Of a stretch of 64,000 nucleotides of DNA, positions 13,271 to 26,506 are shown piece by piece; the first letter of the stretch is position 1, and every line of letters begins with the position of its first letter. A model generated the notes under the pieces. The model did no database searches. It was not told the DNA's origin and saw nothing but the letters and a program-made list of their open reading frames with translations. The position numbers and the translations under genes were made by a program. Origin of the DNA: Octopus vulgaris (Eukaryota); assembly GCA_951406725.2 (NCBI GenBank), contig OX597822.1:99262001-99326000 (forward strand), in the 5' to 3' direction.

Positions 13271-13407
13271 GAATGCTGTGTGTGACCTTTACCCGCAAAT
13301 ATACCTTAAGAATATAAAAATATAAAACAAAGCTATGTATAGGCCTATATAGGCCGACTTACAACCAGTCAGTCAGAACCAACTGTAGTTATAAGTTGAT
13401 GACAACC

Positions 13408-13488
<81 letters not shown>

Positions 13489-13980
13489 TAAGAAAACAAT
13501 CTTGAAATACCACATCCAACCTAATCATGAGCATCACAAACTAGAACTTTTAAAATGGCAACAAATGCAAGGTGTTGCTGTTATTAAGGATCTCGTCTGG
13601 CAAACACATAGCCTTCATACAGCAAAGATTGCTTTGTTTTACCCCTTCAAAGCCATAAATACTTCAACCCACCCACAACTACTAGCCCTGTAAAAAGTTC
13701 GGGTGAGACCCACAATAGAATACTGCTCCCACATCTAACAACAACCCTGTTGCTACATAGACATGGCCTTCCAAAAGAGGCCATCTGACAGATTGACAAA
13801 GTTGCTCACCAATATATTCTAATCTCTGGTCCACAGATGTGTTGTGTCTTTTCTCTTTTGTTTTGTATCACTACTACAGTGGCTGCTGTTCCTCAAGCTG
13901 ACAGATCTTGTGCTACACTTACTTAGGCACCCCAAAGTGATTCCTTTCTCCTCTTGTCTTCCTCATATTGTATTCTCTCT
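12300..13980 (+). mobile_element. Highly decayed Jockey/CR1-like RT relic split by later insertions
   Basis: QGSVLS..F.LYIN.LL near 12410-12480, and LLAL*KVRVRPTIEYCSHI near 13680-13735 (consensus LYKxxVRPxLEYCSxxW). Confidence 0.55.
12555..12826. mobile_element. hAT(Charlie)-like MITE relic
   Basis: Degenerate ends tagtggttttcaac / gttgaggactagtg, resembling CAGTGGTTCTCAAC...GTTGAGAACCACTG. Confidence 0.45.
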
Positions 13981-16586
13981 CCCTATGTCCTTCCTCTGCT
14001 TAAACATCACCCTTCTACAATTCGTTCACAGGTAATTTTTTCTTTCTTTTGTGGCCCTGAGAATGTGTTTCTCTCAGTGCCCATTATTCGAACTGGTATA
14101 AGAGGGCCAGTGAGGCCTATGAGCACAATTCCATGTTCAGAGAGTGAAAAAAAAAAACAACAACAACAACAGCATAGGATGAAGGTAGAGAAAGAGCATG
14201 GGTGTATATAAGGTTGAAAAGGACCAATATCATTTTATCTACACAGGATCAAAGATACTAATACAAAATGAAGAAGAGGAACAGTAACTTCAGCATTTGA
14301 TGAGAAGGTAACTAGGAAATTCTTAGTCAAATGGTGAATTTTGTTTCTAGTGAAAGCAAAACTGGGAAATACCAATTTTTCTTTCACTGCCTGACTAGTG
14401 AGAATGGAAAGTATCAAAATATGTAGGATATGGTCAACAACTATCATAAACCCTTTTGATAACAACTCATTTGAGACCGCCCCCTAGTTCTACAATATAA
14501 ACTTCCTGTTTTAAAGTGATCTAAATTAAAACTTTCCCTCAAAATTTCATGTTTATAAACATTCCAAGCACCAGCTTAACAATGACAAAGTTATTTCAGT
14601 AAATTCATTATTTTCAAAATTAATTTAGCAGAAATATGGCACCAAAAAAAAAAAAAGAAAGAAGGAACTTTTTTGAAGGTAGATCCCATCGATAATCTTT
14701 ATTTCTGTTTTTACGAAAATGAAGTAGTCAGATCCATTGACAAGCAACTCTTGAAGAGAAAGCTTAACCCTTTCATTACTAACCTGGCTGAATCTGGCTC
14801 TGTAGTACAAATGTCTCATTTTCATAAGTTTTGAATTAAAATCTTCCACCAAACCTTAGTCACAATTTATGTTCCTAACACTAGCTTAATTTGCTAAATT
14901 CTTTCTTATATTTAAAGTAATTGAAAGAAACGAAGAACATCTCAAAATAAATACAGTAATGAAAGGGTTAATTGTCTAAGTAAATCTAAAACTAACTTAA
15001 ATTTTGCCCTAAGCTTTTCTCATCATTTTAAACTAATCACTTTAGTATCATAATATAGAACAAGATAGGTCAGATGTAGGGAAAATATAATACATTTGGA
15101 CATTGGTTTTTTTACAACTAGGTATCTTTATTTCTAAAACAAATACTTTAACTGTGAGACAGGCATAAACAAAGGTGTGCTTGTGCTGAGGAAGTGGCAC
15201 AACACAATGACTGTGAGAGTGGTTGGAGTCAGTTGCCATGAGGTGCAGCCATATAAACGAACACTTGACTTTAAAAATACCTTGAAATGTAGGAGTGATT
15301 GACTTATGGAATTGCTAAGGAAAACTTGAAAATATACTCTATATTTAGCTTCTATTAATTGAAAAATAGACAGTTGATTAAAAAAAATAACAAATGTTTC
15401 GTAAGTTATATTATATGTCTAAGATATGTTGGAGTAATGCTTCGTTCTACAAGGAAACATGCATAATCAAACTGCCACTAAGAATAATAAACAAGGAAAG
15501 ATTTAAATAGCTGTGCTAATGCAAAGTTGACACCAAAAGAAAGTGAACTAAGAGAGAATGTGCTCCTACCTGAGCTGTAAAGTCCACCTACAAATGATGG
15601 AGCATAGGGCATCAAAGAAGATGAACAATTAAGAATAAAGAAGGTGGATATAATAAAAAGAAATATGATAGGATGATAGATTGAGAATGCGATATATGCG
15701 ACAAAAAGATGAAAAGAAGAAAAATTTTTTTTTAGGAAAATAAGTGTGAAGGTCAAACCAAAAAGTTGAAGATAATTCTTTTGAGTTGCTCAGTACAAAC
15801 ATGACTTAAAATACCGTCTCATGGTCTGTAGCTTTTCTTTAGTTTCCACAATGTGTTCAAGAAAACAATGTTGTTACAGATGGTCAAATGATAATACTTG
15901 GTCTTAATTAGAATATATTACAATCTCATTGTAAACTCATCAGCCACTAATTAGAGGCTGTGCAGCGTCCTGGTTTGATCTGTCTTAAAACATTGGTGCC
16001 CTGACTGCAGTCATGTAATTAAGACCATATTTATTATAATTACATCTTACAATAAGATGCTTTCTAAAAGAATTTGTAATATGCCAAAATAGATACAGAG
16101 TTTCTTCTGCTGCATGCTAAATCTAAGATCAAGATAGGAAAGGTGTAGCTGAAAATTCTGTAACAAAAAGTACAAAGCTTCTAGCTATTATTAGAAAAAT
16201 TCAAAATAACTTCCAAAATTCTTCCATTACATTTTATAGCTAAACACTACATAACAGTTAACTTTCCATATACTCAGATACTGTACTTCTGAACATCAAA
16301 ATTTAATTTGTAATTGAAAACTAAATTATTTATTTTGTTTATTCATATTTTTATTTCTTTTGCTTTAATGAAATACAACTTAATATAAAATATTATGATA
16401 ACTTGAATTAATGTTTTAGATAATAGAGGAAAACTGAAAACATAGCAAATTCCTTAAATAAAATAACTGCTTTTTGGTATCCTAGAAATAAATGCCTGAT
16501 AGTGTATCTAATTTAGAATTATGGTGTGTAAAATATTTACAAAGAATCTAAAAAAAGAAGTATGGAGATATTTCAAAAATTTTTTC

Positions 16587-17320
16587 TACATCATCATCAT
16601 CATCATTTAATGTCCGTTTTCCATGCTAGCATGAGTTGGACGGTTCGACCAGGGTCTGGCAAGCCAGAAGGCTGCACCAGGCTCCAATCTGGTTTGGCAG
16701 TGTTTCTACAGCTGGATGCCCTTCCTAACGCCAACCACTCCGTGAGTGTAGTGGGTGTTTTTTCCGTGCCACAGGAGGTTGGCAAACGACCACGATTGGT
16801 TGGTGCTTTTACGTGTCACCGAAAGTCCATTTTTCCATGCTGGCATGGGTTGGAAGGTTTGATAGGAGCTGACCAGCTGAAGCACTTTTCAGGCTCCCTG
16901 TCTATTCTGGCATGGTTTCTATGGCTGGATGCCTTCCTAACAACAACCACTTTAGAGAGTATACTGGGTGCTTTTACGCAGCACCAGCATGGGTGCATTT
17001 TATGTGGCACTAGCACCTATGTGTCCATAAGATTAGGGATGCTCAGCTGGAGAGGATTGCAGGGGCAAGCCTGTATGCAAGGACAACCATGCCTTTACTT
17101 AGCTTGATGTGTCTTTTCAAGTACAGCAAACCGCCATGAATCTTGATCCCCTGTCATCCCCTCAGTGGGTCCCAACATCTGTAGATCCTTTCTCACCACT
17201 TCATCCCACGTCTTCCTGGGTCCCCCCCTTCTACATGTTACCTTTACAATTAGAGATTGGCACCTCTTGATGCAACTGTCTTCGTTCATATGCATTACAT
17301 GGCCATACTGTATACTAAAT
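16587..17320 (-). mobile_element. 3' fragment of an older RTE LINE copy with 3' UTR/tail
   Basis: YGHVMHMNEDSCIKRC...RGGPRKTWDEVVRKDL is homologous to the C-terminus of the RTE at 36500-36719. It is followed by RTE-type 3' UTR sequence and a (CAT)n tail. Confidence 0.85.
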
Positions 17321-17776
17321 GCTATGTTGAAAAGATACCAATGTTTTTTTTTTCCCCTTTCATTCTGTAACTGGTTTGAGTCAATGGACTGCAGACATGG
17401 TAGGCCACTACCTTCAATGATTTTTATTTGATCATATAAATCCCAGTTCATAGTCTAATAATTACTTAATCAACCTCAGAGGCAAATATATTTTCTGTAT
17501 CTCTGCCATCCATCCAGTATAGACATCACACACTGGGCTTCTGCACAATTTCCTGTTTCCATCTACCAAATTTCATCCAGAAGGCAGTGGCTTGACTAAC
17601 GTTATGGTAAAAGACACTTGTCAAAGTGCTATGCAGAAGGACTGAATGTAGGATCATGAAATTGGGAAATGAACTTTACAATCATACAGTTATGCCTACA
17701 GCCTTAGAGAAGGGAGATAGTCTACTAAAATTTCAATAGTGAAAAACATTATAATATATATATATATATATATATA

Positions 17777-19023
17777 CGTGGTCTGATCAATAAGTATTTG
17801 TACTGTTGCTATAGTAACAAAGCTAAAACATATAGAGTGAAGCCACTTGGCACAGATCGACCTTGAACTCTGTTATGCATACTCTTTTCTCTTTTACTTG
17901 TTTCAGTCATTTGACTGCGGCCATGCTGGAGCACCGCCTTTAGTCGAGCTAATCGACCCCAGGACTTACTCTTTGCAAGCCCAGTACTTATTCTATCGGT
18001 CTCTTTTTGCCGAAACGCTAAGTGACAGGGACGTAAACACACCAGCATCGGTTGTCAAGCAATGCTAGGGGGACAAACACAGACACACAAACACACACAC
18101 ACATATATATACATATATTCAACAGGCTTCTTTCAGTTTCCATCTACCAAATCCACTCACAAGGCATTGGTCGGCCCGGGGCTATAGCAGAAGACACTTG
18201 CCCAAGATGCCACGCAGTGGGACTGAACCTGGAACCATGTGGTTGGTTAGCAAGTTACTTACCACACAGCCACTCCTGCATGTGCACTAAGTTTTAACAT
18301 TCTAGTTCACATCCGATGTTTACAGCAGTGCTTGGAAGGAAGGTGTGTAGCAAGTGATTGTTGCATTGACCATAAAAAAGTTGAGCAGAGAATCTGCATC
18401 AAATTTTGCCAAAAGCTTGGCAATACCCACTCAGAGGCCTATGCAAAGATTTCAAAAAGTTTTCATCATTCTCAACACAACCAAGGAGATCTTGTGCAAC
18501 TGAAATCCGTGTGTCTTTTTGGTCAGCTGAGAGCAGTTTTGGCACAAACTTGGCAGACATGTGTCTCACACCCAAATCTTCAGTGATAATGGACTGAACT
18601 GAGCCATAACTAATCTGCACATCCTCTGATAACTCACAGGTGGTGATTTGACAATTTCCCCTCACAGCTGCATGCACATCTGTGATGTTTTTCTCAGTTT
18701 TGCTGGTTGTGGGTCTCGCAGAACGTTTGTCAATATCAATATTCTTTTGGCCATATTAGAAACGGCTGAATCACTTGTACACTTTTGTGCAGCTCATGCA
18801 CTCCTCTCCATACACTTTTTGCAACTTTGTGCAGACCTCTGAGCAGGTATCGCCATGACAACTTTCTGTGTCATGGCCAATGCAACAATCACACACTACA
18901 CACCTTCCTTCCAAGCACTGCTGTAAACAGCAGAGTCCAAGGTCAATCTGTACCAAGTGGCTTCACTGTGTGCTTTAGCTTTGTTACTATGGCAACAGTC
19001 CAGATACTTACTGATCAGACCTC

Positions 19024-19024
<1 letters not shown>
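17777..19024. mobile_element. Mariner-derived foldback element made of two inverted left ends, interrupted by a SINE
   Basis: TA-flanked TIRs (cgtggtctgatcaataagtat / atacttactgatcagacctca). Transposase N-terminus on both strands: EQRICIKFCQKLG on +, and ISYGSVQSIITEDLG...AKFVPKLLS on -. Confidence 0.85.
17881..18280 (-). mobile_element. SINE family A inserted in the mariner foldback
   Basis: Full-length copy. The mariner sequence resumes after it. Confidence 0.88.
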
Positions 19025-19057
<33 letters not shown>

Positions 19058-19719
19058 TTGTGTGTGTTGCACAATAGATATGTGTGTGTGTTTTATATAT
19101 CTATATCTTTGAGAATCATAAAATTATTGACTATCTCATTTAATTATTATGGTAAAGCAGTTTAAAAGTAAAAGTACCATTCCAATTAAAGTTTCAACAC
19201 GGTGATGTGAATTTCCCACATGGATTCTAAAATCAAATTCTTAATTAAATTCGAAGCTGAGTTAGAATCTAATACTGATTTCAAAATCTAGTCTAATTAT
19301 ATCCAAAACAAATGACAACAGTCACACACACACAAAATCCACCTATTTCCTCTCCAACCCTTAGGACTTTATGCTTGAAAGCAATCCAACTTTTTCAATA
19401 AATAATTATTTCTATGAATCAGAAAAAATAACCTTTTATGCAGTCATCCAAAAATCCAATTTTAATAGGGATTGGAAATTAAAAACCTAGTTATAAGACA
19501 GATTAAGAATAATGGTATATCTGAAAGTGGCTGAGAATTTATAAGTGTAAGGACATGTATGATTAAATATTGACTTTATGTATGTATAATAAAATAGTTT
19601 CTTTAACAATTTGACACCAATGCACCTGAGGCTGCCCCTAATTCTACAATGCAAACTTCCATTTTAAACTAATTTAAAGCCTTCCACCAAAATTTCATGC
19701 TAATTTATATTCCAGACAC

Positions 19720-20045
19720 CAGGTTGGATGGAATTTACACTCGCCTCCTTATGAGAGCTCAAAATCTCTCGTGGAAGCGTCATCCAACCAAAGTACAAAT
19801 ATATGGGAAACTACCACCTGTATCATCTCTTGTGAAAGGTAGAAGAGTCCAGTTTGCTGGACATTGTTGTAGAGCTGAAAACAAGGTAATTTCTACTCTT
19901 CTCCTCTGGAGGCCATCTACTCTGATGTAATCTCCAGGGATACAGGCATCCAGCAACAGGACCTACGTAATGCTATGATGGACCATGAAGTCTGGCGTAA
20001 CATAGTAAATTCCATTGTCCTGACCACGGTCGAACAATGATGATA
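19720..20045 (+). mobile_element. LINE ORF2 3' fragment (RTE-X-like) with short (GAT)n tail
   Basis: RLDGIYTRLLMRAQNLSWKRHPTKVQIYGKLPPVSSLVKGRRVQFAGHCCRA is a typical post-RT segment. It is inserted within a TTAA-type MITE. Confidence 0.75.
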
Positions 20046-20897
20046 AAAGTGGCAAAGTTATTTTACTATATTCTTTATAATTTTCACAGTTAATTGAAAC
20101 AAAGACTATATATTGCAACAGAAATTTGTTAATAATAAAAGGGTTGATAATTAGTGAAAAATGTTTCATTAAAATTCAAACCTCCCAATGCTACAAAGAA
20201 ATAAGCTGGATTTGCATAAAGAAAACATTGAGAGTAAAAGATATGAAGATAACCAGCATGCTAGCACATGCATGCACATTCATACACACACAGACATGCA
20301 TGTACCAAACATTCCCAAATATTCTTTTTGTCTTTTTGAATTAACAATGAAGAATCAGCAATCAAATGGTTACATATGTAACTCAGCTGAATACCATTAT
20401 TCCACAGGAAAATATACAAAATTAGAGACGAAAAATACCGAATTCTACCAGTAAATAATTGGGGTTTTTTTAAAAGCCTTTATAGAAATTATTTACTCTT
20501 ATTATAAATTGCTAATAGATAAAAATGATGAAATGAAAAATTCGTATGTTCCAAAATTTTGTTAATAAAATAAGTTTAATTCAGATTCTTCAACAGAATA
20601 TTCAACTATGTAGAAATATGCCAAACAAGGCAAAGCCAAGGAAACAAAATTCTTCAAATTAGTCTTCTTTTAAGAATGGCATATAATCAGCATGCTAAAA
20701 TTATTTCTTTGAATTGAGACATTTAATAGAAGAAACGGTTTCAAATTTTAACACTTTCAGGCATTAAGCAACCTGCACCAAAAATTTTGTCATAATCAAA
20801 AGATTAAATAGATTTAAGTATTTAAGTGTAGCTTTTCATTTCAATTCTCAATACAGCAGTTTACAAAGTTGCGTTAAGAAAGACAGCAGTAGCATAC

Positions 20898-20986
20898 CAG
20901 CAATTTGGACGCACCTTTTGGTGGCATTGTTATACTACTATAAGTGGTGCTGAGTGTTGTAAAGAATGGCAAAGCCAGCATTAATT
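20898..20986 (-). CDS. Candidate alternative TRPM exon ((K)LMLALPFFTTLSTTYSSITMPPKGASKLL)
   Basis: Acceptor ttctttcttgcccatAG, donor CTG|GTATGC. 89 nt, open only as phase 1 to 0, which fits the GT donor at 24119 and the phase-0 exon at 5790. Confidence 0.4.
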
Positions 20987-21229
20987 CTATGGGCAAGAAA
21001 GAACCATTAATACTAATCCAATTACATACAAGTAAAATCTTAATGTTTCTTCAAAGAAAATCAAATTGAGTATATCTTCAAACATCACACATTTATAAAA
21101 ATACCAAATGCTATTATGTATTATGTTTTTCTTATAACAGACTACAGATTAAAGTAATTTATTACATCAATCAACTTCATCTTATTCACTTTATTTGACT
21201 ACTTTGGATGCAAGTATTACAATGATCTT

Positions 21230-21385
21230 CAGTAAACTGCTTTGTACTAGAGCAGTAAGTTGATCTATATTCTAATAGAAAACTGCTCTGTATCACATCA
21301 GTAAACTATTTTGTAATGATAGCAGTAAACTACTTTGTTCTACAGCAGCAAACTGCTTGTGTTATAGCAGCAGACTACTTTGTAT
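21230..21385. repeat. Degenerate ~23-bp minisatellite (agcagtaaactactttgt...)
   Basis: About 7 imperfect cag(t/c)aaact(g/a)ct(t)tgt units. Confidence 0.7.
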
Positions 21386-21673
21386 GAAATGTATATTAAT
21401 AGACAGGACAAAATTATGATATTTAAGAGTTGATAGGTTATCGGACAATAAACTGAAGCTCCGACATGTTGTGTCCGTGACCAAGGCACCTAGCTTTCAA
21501 CACCTTTGCTCATTGAGCCATAAATGATTCAAAGACAAATTCAAAAGTTATATAAACAACAATGCTATACAGTGCCTTTGACCCAAAAAACTCCCCCAAA
21601 ACTTTTAACCATCAACAGTCCAGTCTAACTAAATATAGATGCAAACTATATATATATATTTTGTGTGTGTGTG

Positions 21674-21711
<38 letters not shown>

Positions 21712-23349
21712 CTATAAATGGTACCAACAAGTCTCTGTTTTTCTATCTAAACCATCAACATCATGGTTCTAATACCATTATATTTTAAATTCACCATGAT
21801 CATGAAAGTCACAAGTACTATTGTTGTAGAATATCATTTTCTCTTCCTGTTTGACCTTAATTATTATATGATCTTTCTTTTTCTATTTTTTTAGATTTCA
21901 AAGCTAAATATAAATATAATTTTCTTTATAATGTAACAAGTAATATTCCAGAAATACAAAATATATAAAGTTATTGAACCAGTAGCACAGAGAACTGAGT
22001 CATTCAACAGTATCATTAGGTCCAGGCTGTTAATCATCAGATGTACATGAAATCATCATCATCATCATCGTTTAACGTCCGTTTTTCATACTAGCATGGG
22101 TTGGACGGTTCGACCGGGGTCTGGAAAGCCAGGAGGCTGCACCAGGCTCTAGTCTGATCTGGCAGTGTTTCTACAGCTGGATGCCCTTCCTAACGCCATC
22201 ATTAACCATCAAAGATAAGAAAAGGGCAAATGTAACAAAAATAAAGCAAATATTAAAGCGACAATAGTCATATCAGCTTTTAATAGAATTTTAAAATCTA
22301 TTTAATTACAATTATCGATAAAATTATCACATGATATATTAGTAGGGATGCTGGCTTGAGGTTTGGTAACAACAAGTTTGATCAAATTTTAAGAATCGTT
22401 CTTAGGATTCTCGCAGAATACAGGACTGCATTTTTTTGCAAGTTGACAATGTGATGCACAGTTTCTAATAATTGTCATCTTGGAGATTTTAGAAGACAAA
22501 GATGAGACTTGTTGTCCTCATTGTAGTCATCATCAAGTATTTGTTTCCTCTTCACTGCTTTTGATAATGTTTCTAAGAGAAACCAAAAGGAATATAAGAC
22601 CAAGATGAAAATAAGATGAGATTAACGATAAGAAAAATTAATAGCTATGAATTTCACATTATGCCAAAAATAAACAGCCTTCACTGAACTGTATTATATT
22701 CCCAAGATGATAATAAGTCAGAGATAAAATTATTTGATCAGCAAACATTTTATTATTGTTATGGTTAGCTGCATTAATGAAGTTATAAATAGGCTTTCCA
22801 GAAATAACACTAATCCTATGTGAATTAGAGAAATATATTCTTATAAAACAAGTTCACTGCATGTGTGCGTATGTAAGTGTGTGCATATGTATATATATAT
22901 CTACATATATCATCATCATCGTTTAATGTCCGCTTTCCATGCTAGCATGGGTTGGACGATTTTGACTGAGGGCTGGCGAACTAGATGGCAGCACCAGGAT
23001 CCAATCTTGATCTGGCAGAGTTTCTACAGATGGATGCCCTTCCTAACACCAACCACTCCGAGAGTGTAGTGGGTGCTTTTTATGTACCACTGGCACGGGG
23101 GCCAGTCAGGTGGTACTGGCAACGACCTCGCTCAAATCTTTTTATATATAAATATAGTGTACATTTAAAAACATAAGAGATGGCCATAACAGGACATATG
23201 ACTTGCTAGAAAGAGTAGTTAAACTACAAACCACTAATTAGTGGTAATTTCGAAAGGGAATGAAAAATAAAAACATTGTTTTTATATATAATCAATAGAT
23301 CATATATCCAAAAAAAGAAGCACACTCTAAAGCATTAGAGAAGTAATTA

Positions 23350-23562
23350 TTTTAGGAAGTTAAATGCTATGGCCAGTCATAGAGTGACCATTGGTCCTGC
23401 ACCTATAAAGTGCTTAGCAGTGTAGGTGACTTATCACTCTCAAATAGGTAACGGCATAACCCTTTGACCATTGAGTCTAATGAGTCACTTATAATGCTAA
23501 GTGCTTTATGGGTGCAAAGCCAATGGTCACTATGACCAGCCATATCATTTAACTTCCTAAAA
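23350..23562. repeat. Foldback/MITE-like imperfect palindrome
   Basis: ttttaggaagttaaatg.tatggc...gtgaccattgg...gcacc.ataaag..cttagca pairs with the mirrored right half. Confidence 0.8.
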
Positions 23563-23569
23563 TATATAT

Positions 23570-23987
23570 ACTCTTTTACTCTCTCTCTTTACTCTTTTAC
23601 TTGTTTGTCATTTTGACTGTGGCCATGCTGGAGCACCGCCTTTAGTCGAGCAACTCGACCCCGGGACTTATTCTTTGTAAGCCCAGTACTTATTCTATCG
23701 GTCTCTTTTGCCGAACCGCTAAGTGACGGGGACGTAAACACACCAGCATCTGTTGTCAAGCAATGCTAGGGGGACAAACACAGACACACAAACACACATA
23801 TACATATATATATATACATATATACGACAGGCTTCTTTCAGTTTCCGTCTACCAAATCCACTCACAAGGCATTGGTCACCCCGGGGCTATAGCAGAAGAC
23901 ACTTGCCCAAGATGCCACACAGTGGGACTGAACCCGGAACCATGTGGTTGGTTAGCAAGCTACTTACCACACAGCCACTCCTGTGCC
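23570..23987 (-). mobile_element. SINE family A
   Basis: Full-length copy about 140 nt downstream of the TRPM exon ending at 24124. Confidence 0.9.
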
Positions 23988-24123
23988 TATATATATATAT
24001 ATATATACTTTTTTTTTTTTATATACACAGTGATAACATTTTGTTGAAATGGATATTTGATGACTGTTTAATTGTGACATTTGTTATGTGAGAAAAAAAC
24101 TGCAGAAAATGAAAGATACTTGC

Positions 24124-24255
24124 ATTTTTCTTAAGAGCGTTATACTTTTGACGGAAGCTCTTTTTTAGGTATGATGAGACAAAACCGCCACCCATAAGAT
24201 GCTGGAGCACTAAACCAATGTCTGGTAGAGTACAGCGATAACTTGAAGCAACATT
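24124..24255 (-). CDS. TRPM3: TRPM1/3-like channel exon (NVASSYRCTLPDIGLVLQHLMGGGFVSSYLKKSFRQKYNALKKN)
   Basis: Acceptor cattttAG, phase 0. Matches the TRPM DIGLVxxxLMGG motif. The 3' end is either a GC donor (AAT|GCAAGT, phase 0, end 24124) or a GT donor 4 nt further (phase 1, end 24120). Confidence 0.9.
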
Positions 24256-25264
24256 CTAAAATGATAGAAAGAAAACATTAATGGTTATAAACTACAATTT
24301 ATAATATTGTTACAGTATGTACAAAAATCATAAAAGCTTGCAACCATCTGGCTTCCTGAAGAATATTAAAAGTGTAAAGGGAGCAGAAACATGAAATTAA
24401 ATTTTGCTATTATTTTAGAAATGAAGTTATATATCTACCAAAAAAATAAAGTTGGTATTTTTTTTGCAAGTCACATAGCCTCAGTAAAGAATTATTTCAA
24501 ACACATTCCTAAAGAATGATATATAAAACTGCTGTCCACAGTTAAGAGCAATGAAATTTTGAGTGGATATATTTGATTTCCATAGTAAAAGGGTTAAAGG
24601 GGATCTGCATTTTATTGGCTTGATGCTTGCTGACCTCTATACTGTGTAATTATTGGTTTCAAATTTTGGCACAAGACCAGCAATTTCAGAGGGGGGGAGG
24701 GAGTAAGTCAATTACCTCAACCCCAGTGGTCAACAGGCACTTATTTTATCAACCTCCAAAAGGATGAAAGGCAAAGTTGACCTTGGTGGAACTTGAACTC
24801 AAAATGTAAAGACAGATGAAATACCACTGAGTATTTTGCCTAGTGTGCCAACACTTCTGCCAGCTCACTGCCTTTCTCATCATCATCATTTAACGCCTGT
24901 TGTCCATGCTGATTTGGCATGGCTTCTACAGCTGGATACCCTTCCTAATGCCAACCACCCTGAGAGTGTAATGGGTGCCTTTACATTCAACTGGCACAGG
25001 TGTCAGTTGCATGATACTAGTATCTGCCATGATTATACTGTATTATTATTGATATCTAACAGAAGCAAAAAAATCACTAATTTTTTTTGTGGGAGCAGTA
25101 AACACGACAACATTGTTGCCTGAATGATGTCCTGCAGAGACATACTGAGGTCCCGTGTGTTCACGACACAACTTAGGTGACAACAATGACATGTTAATGT
25201 CATGTGTCACATGGTGGTGTTAATGTGTGGAATAATATATACACACACATACGTGCATATGTAT

Positions 25265-25463
25265 TACTCTTTTACTCTTTTACTTGTTTCAGTCATTTGA
25301 CTGCGGCCATGCTGGAGCACCGCCTTCAATCGAGCAACTCGACTCCGGGACTTATTCTTTTTGTAAGCCCAGTACTTATTCTATCGGTCTCTTTTGCCGA
25401 ACCGCTAAGTAACGGGGACATAAACACACCAGCATCGGTTGTCAAGCAATGCTAGGGGGACAA

Positions 25464-25520
<57 letters not shown>

Positions 25521-25684
25521 CGACGGGCTTCTTTCAGTTTCCGTCTACCAAATCCACTGACAAGGCATTGGTCGGCCCGAGGCTATAGCAGAAGACACTT
25601 GCCCAAGATGCCACGCAGTGGGACTGAACCCGGAACCATGTGGTTGGTTAGCAAGCTACTTACCACACAGCCACTCCTGCGCCT
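25265..25684 (-). mobile_element. SINE family A (- copies also at about 17881-18280, 23570-23987, 27507-27892, 53800-54240, 59920-60320)
   Basis: Reverse complement of 32185-32600 with few differences. Confidence 0.9.
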
Positions 25685-26506
25685 ATATGCATGCAAATTT
25701 TTCGGAGGAGGGTATAGTTGATCAACTGGTAGTAATTTCATTGACCTTGGATGAATAAAAGGAAAAGTTCACCTCAGCAAGGACCATAACTAAATAGAGT
25801 AAAGCATTTTGTTCAATACTCAAACAATTCTGCCAATTAACCCTTTAGTATTTAGACCAGCCATATCCAGCCCCAAATTTTCTACCTGTTTTATGTTTAA
25901 GCTAGCCAGAACTGGCATCTCGCACCTATCAAACAATGTCATTCAAAGCATAAACAATCACATCATTGGAATCGCAATGCATGATTAATTCAAATCAATG
26001 TGAAGGAATATGCATTGCATTTGACAGAATAATCTGAATTCTAAAGGGTTGAGTACTCTCCACGTGGTATAATTATTCTAAGGATGTCTTTGATAGGTAA
26101 GAACCCAAATTGTATAAGGTGTTAGATATTGAGACATTTATGGCTCTCCATAAAGCATTAAACAGCAGATTCAACAACCATTACTGGCAATGACTTTGAG
26201 AACTGCATTCAGAAAATTTCAAAGCAATTCCCTGATTAGCAAATTCACATAACAAGCACTTAACCAATCAACATATTCATCAAAGATAATTAGGGCTATA
26301 TGCAAAAAGTAAATCTTAAAAGTTTAAATTTCTAGTCATTTGAACATTTGATTTTTTTTATAAGTCTTTAATTCTTTTGATGCCAAACCTATCTGAGACC
26401 ACCACTGGTTCTATGATACAGAAAACCTCCCAGTTCAAAGTGTTCATAATTAGATTAAAACCTCCTAATATAATTTTATGCAAGAAACTTCCTATTATCT
26501 AAGTTT

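Noticed and set aside
16562-17107. 181-aa ORF and similar ORFs containing LQLDALPNANH, SFSFRLPNPLTR or YIYIYI
   Set aside because: These are translations of RTE 3' UTR, SINE and microsatellite sequence, not genes.
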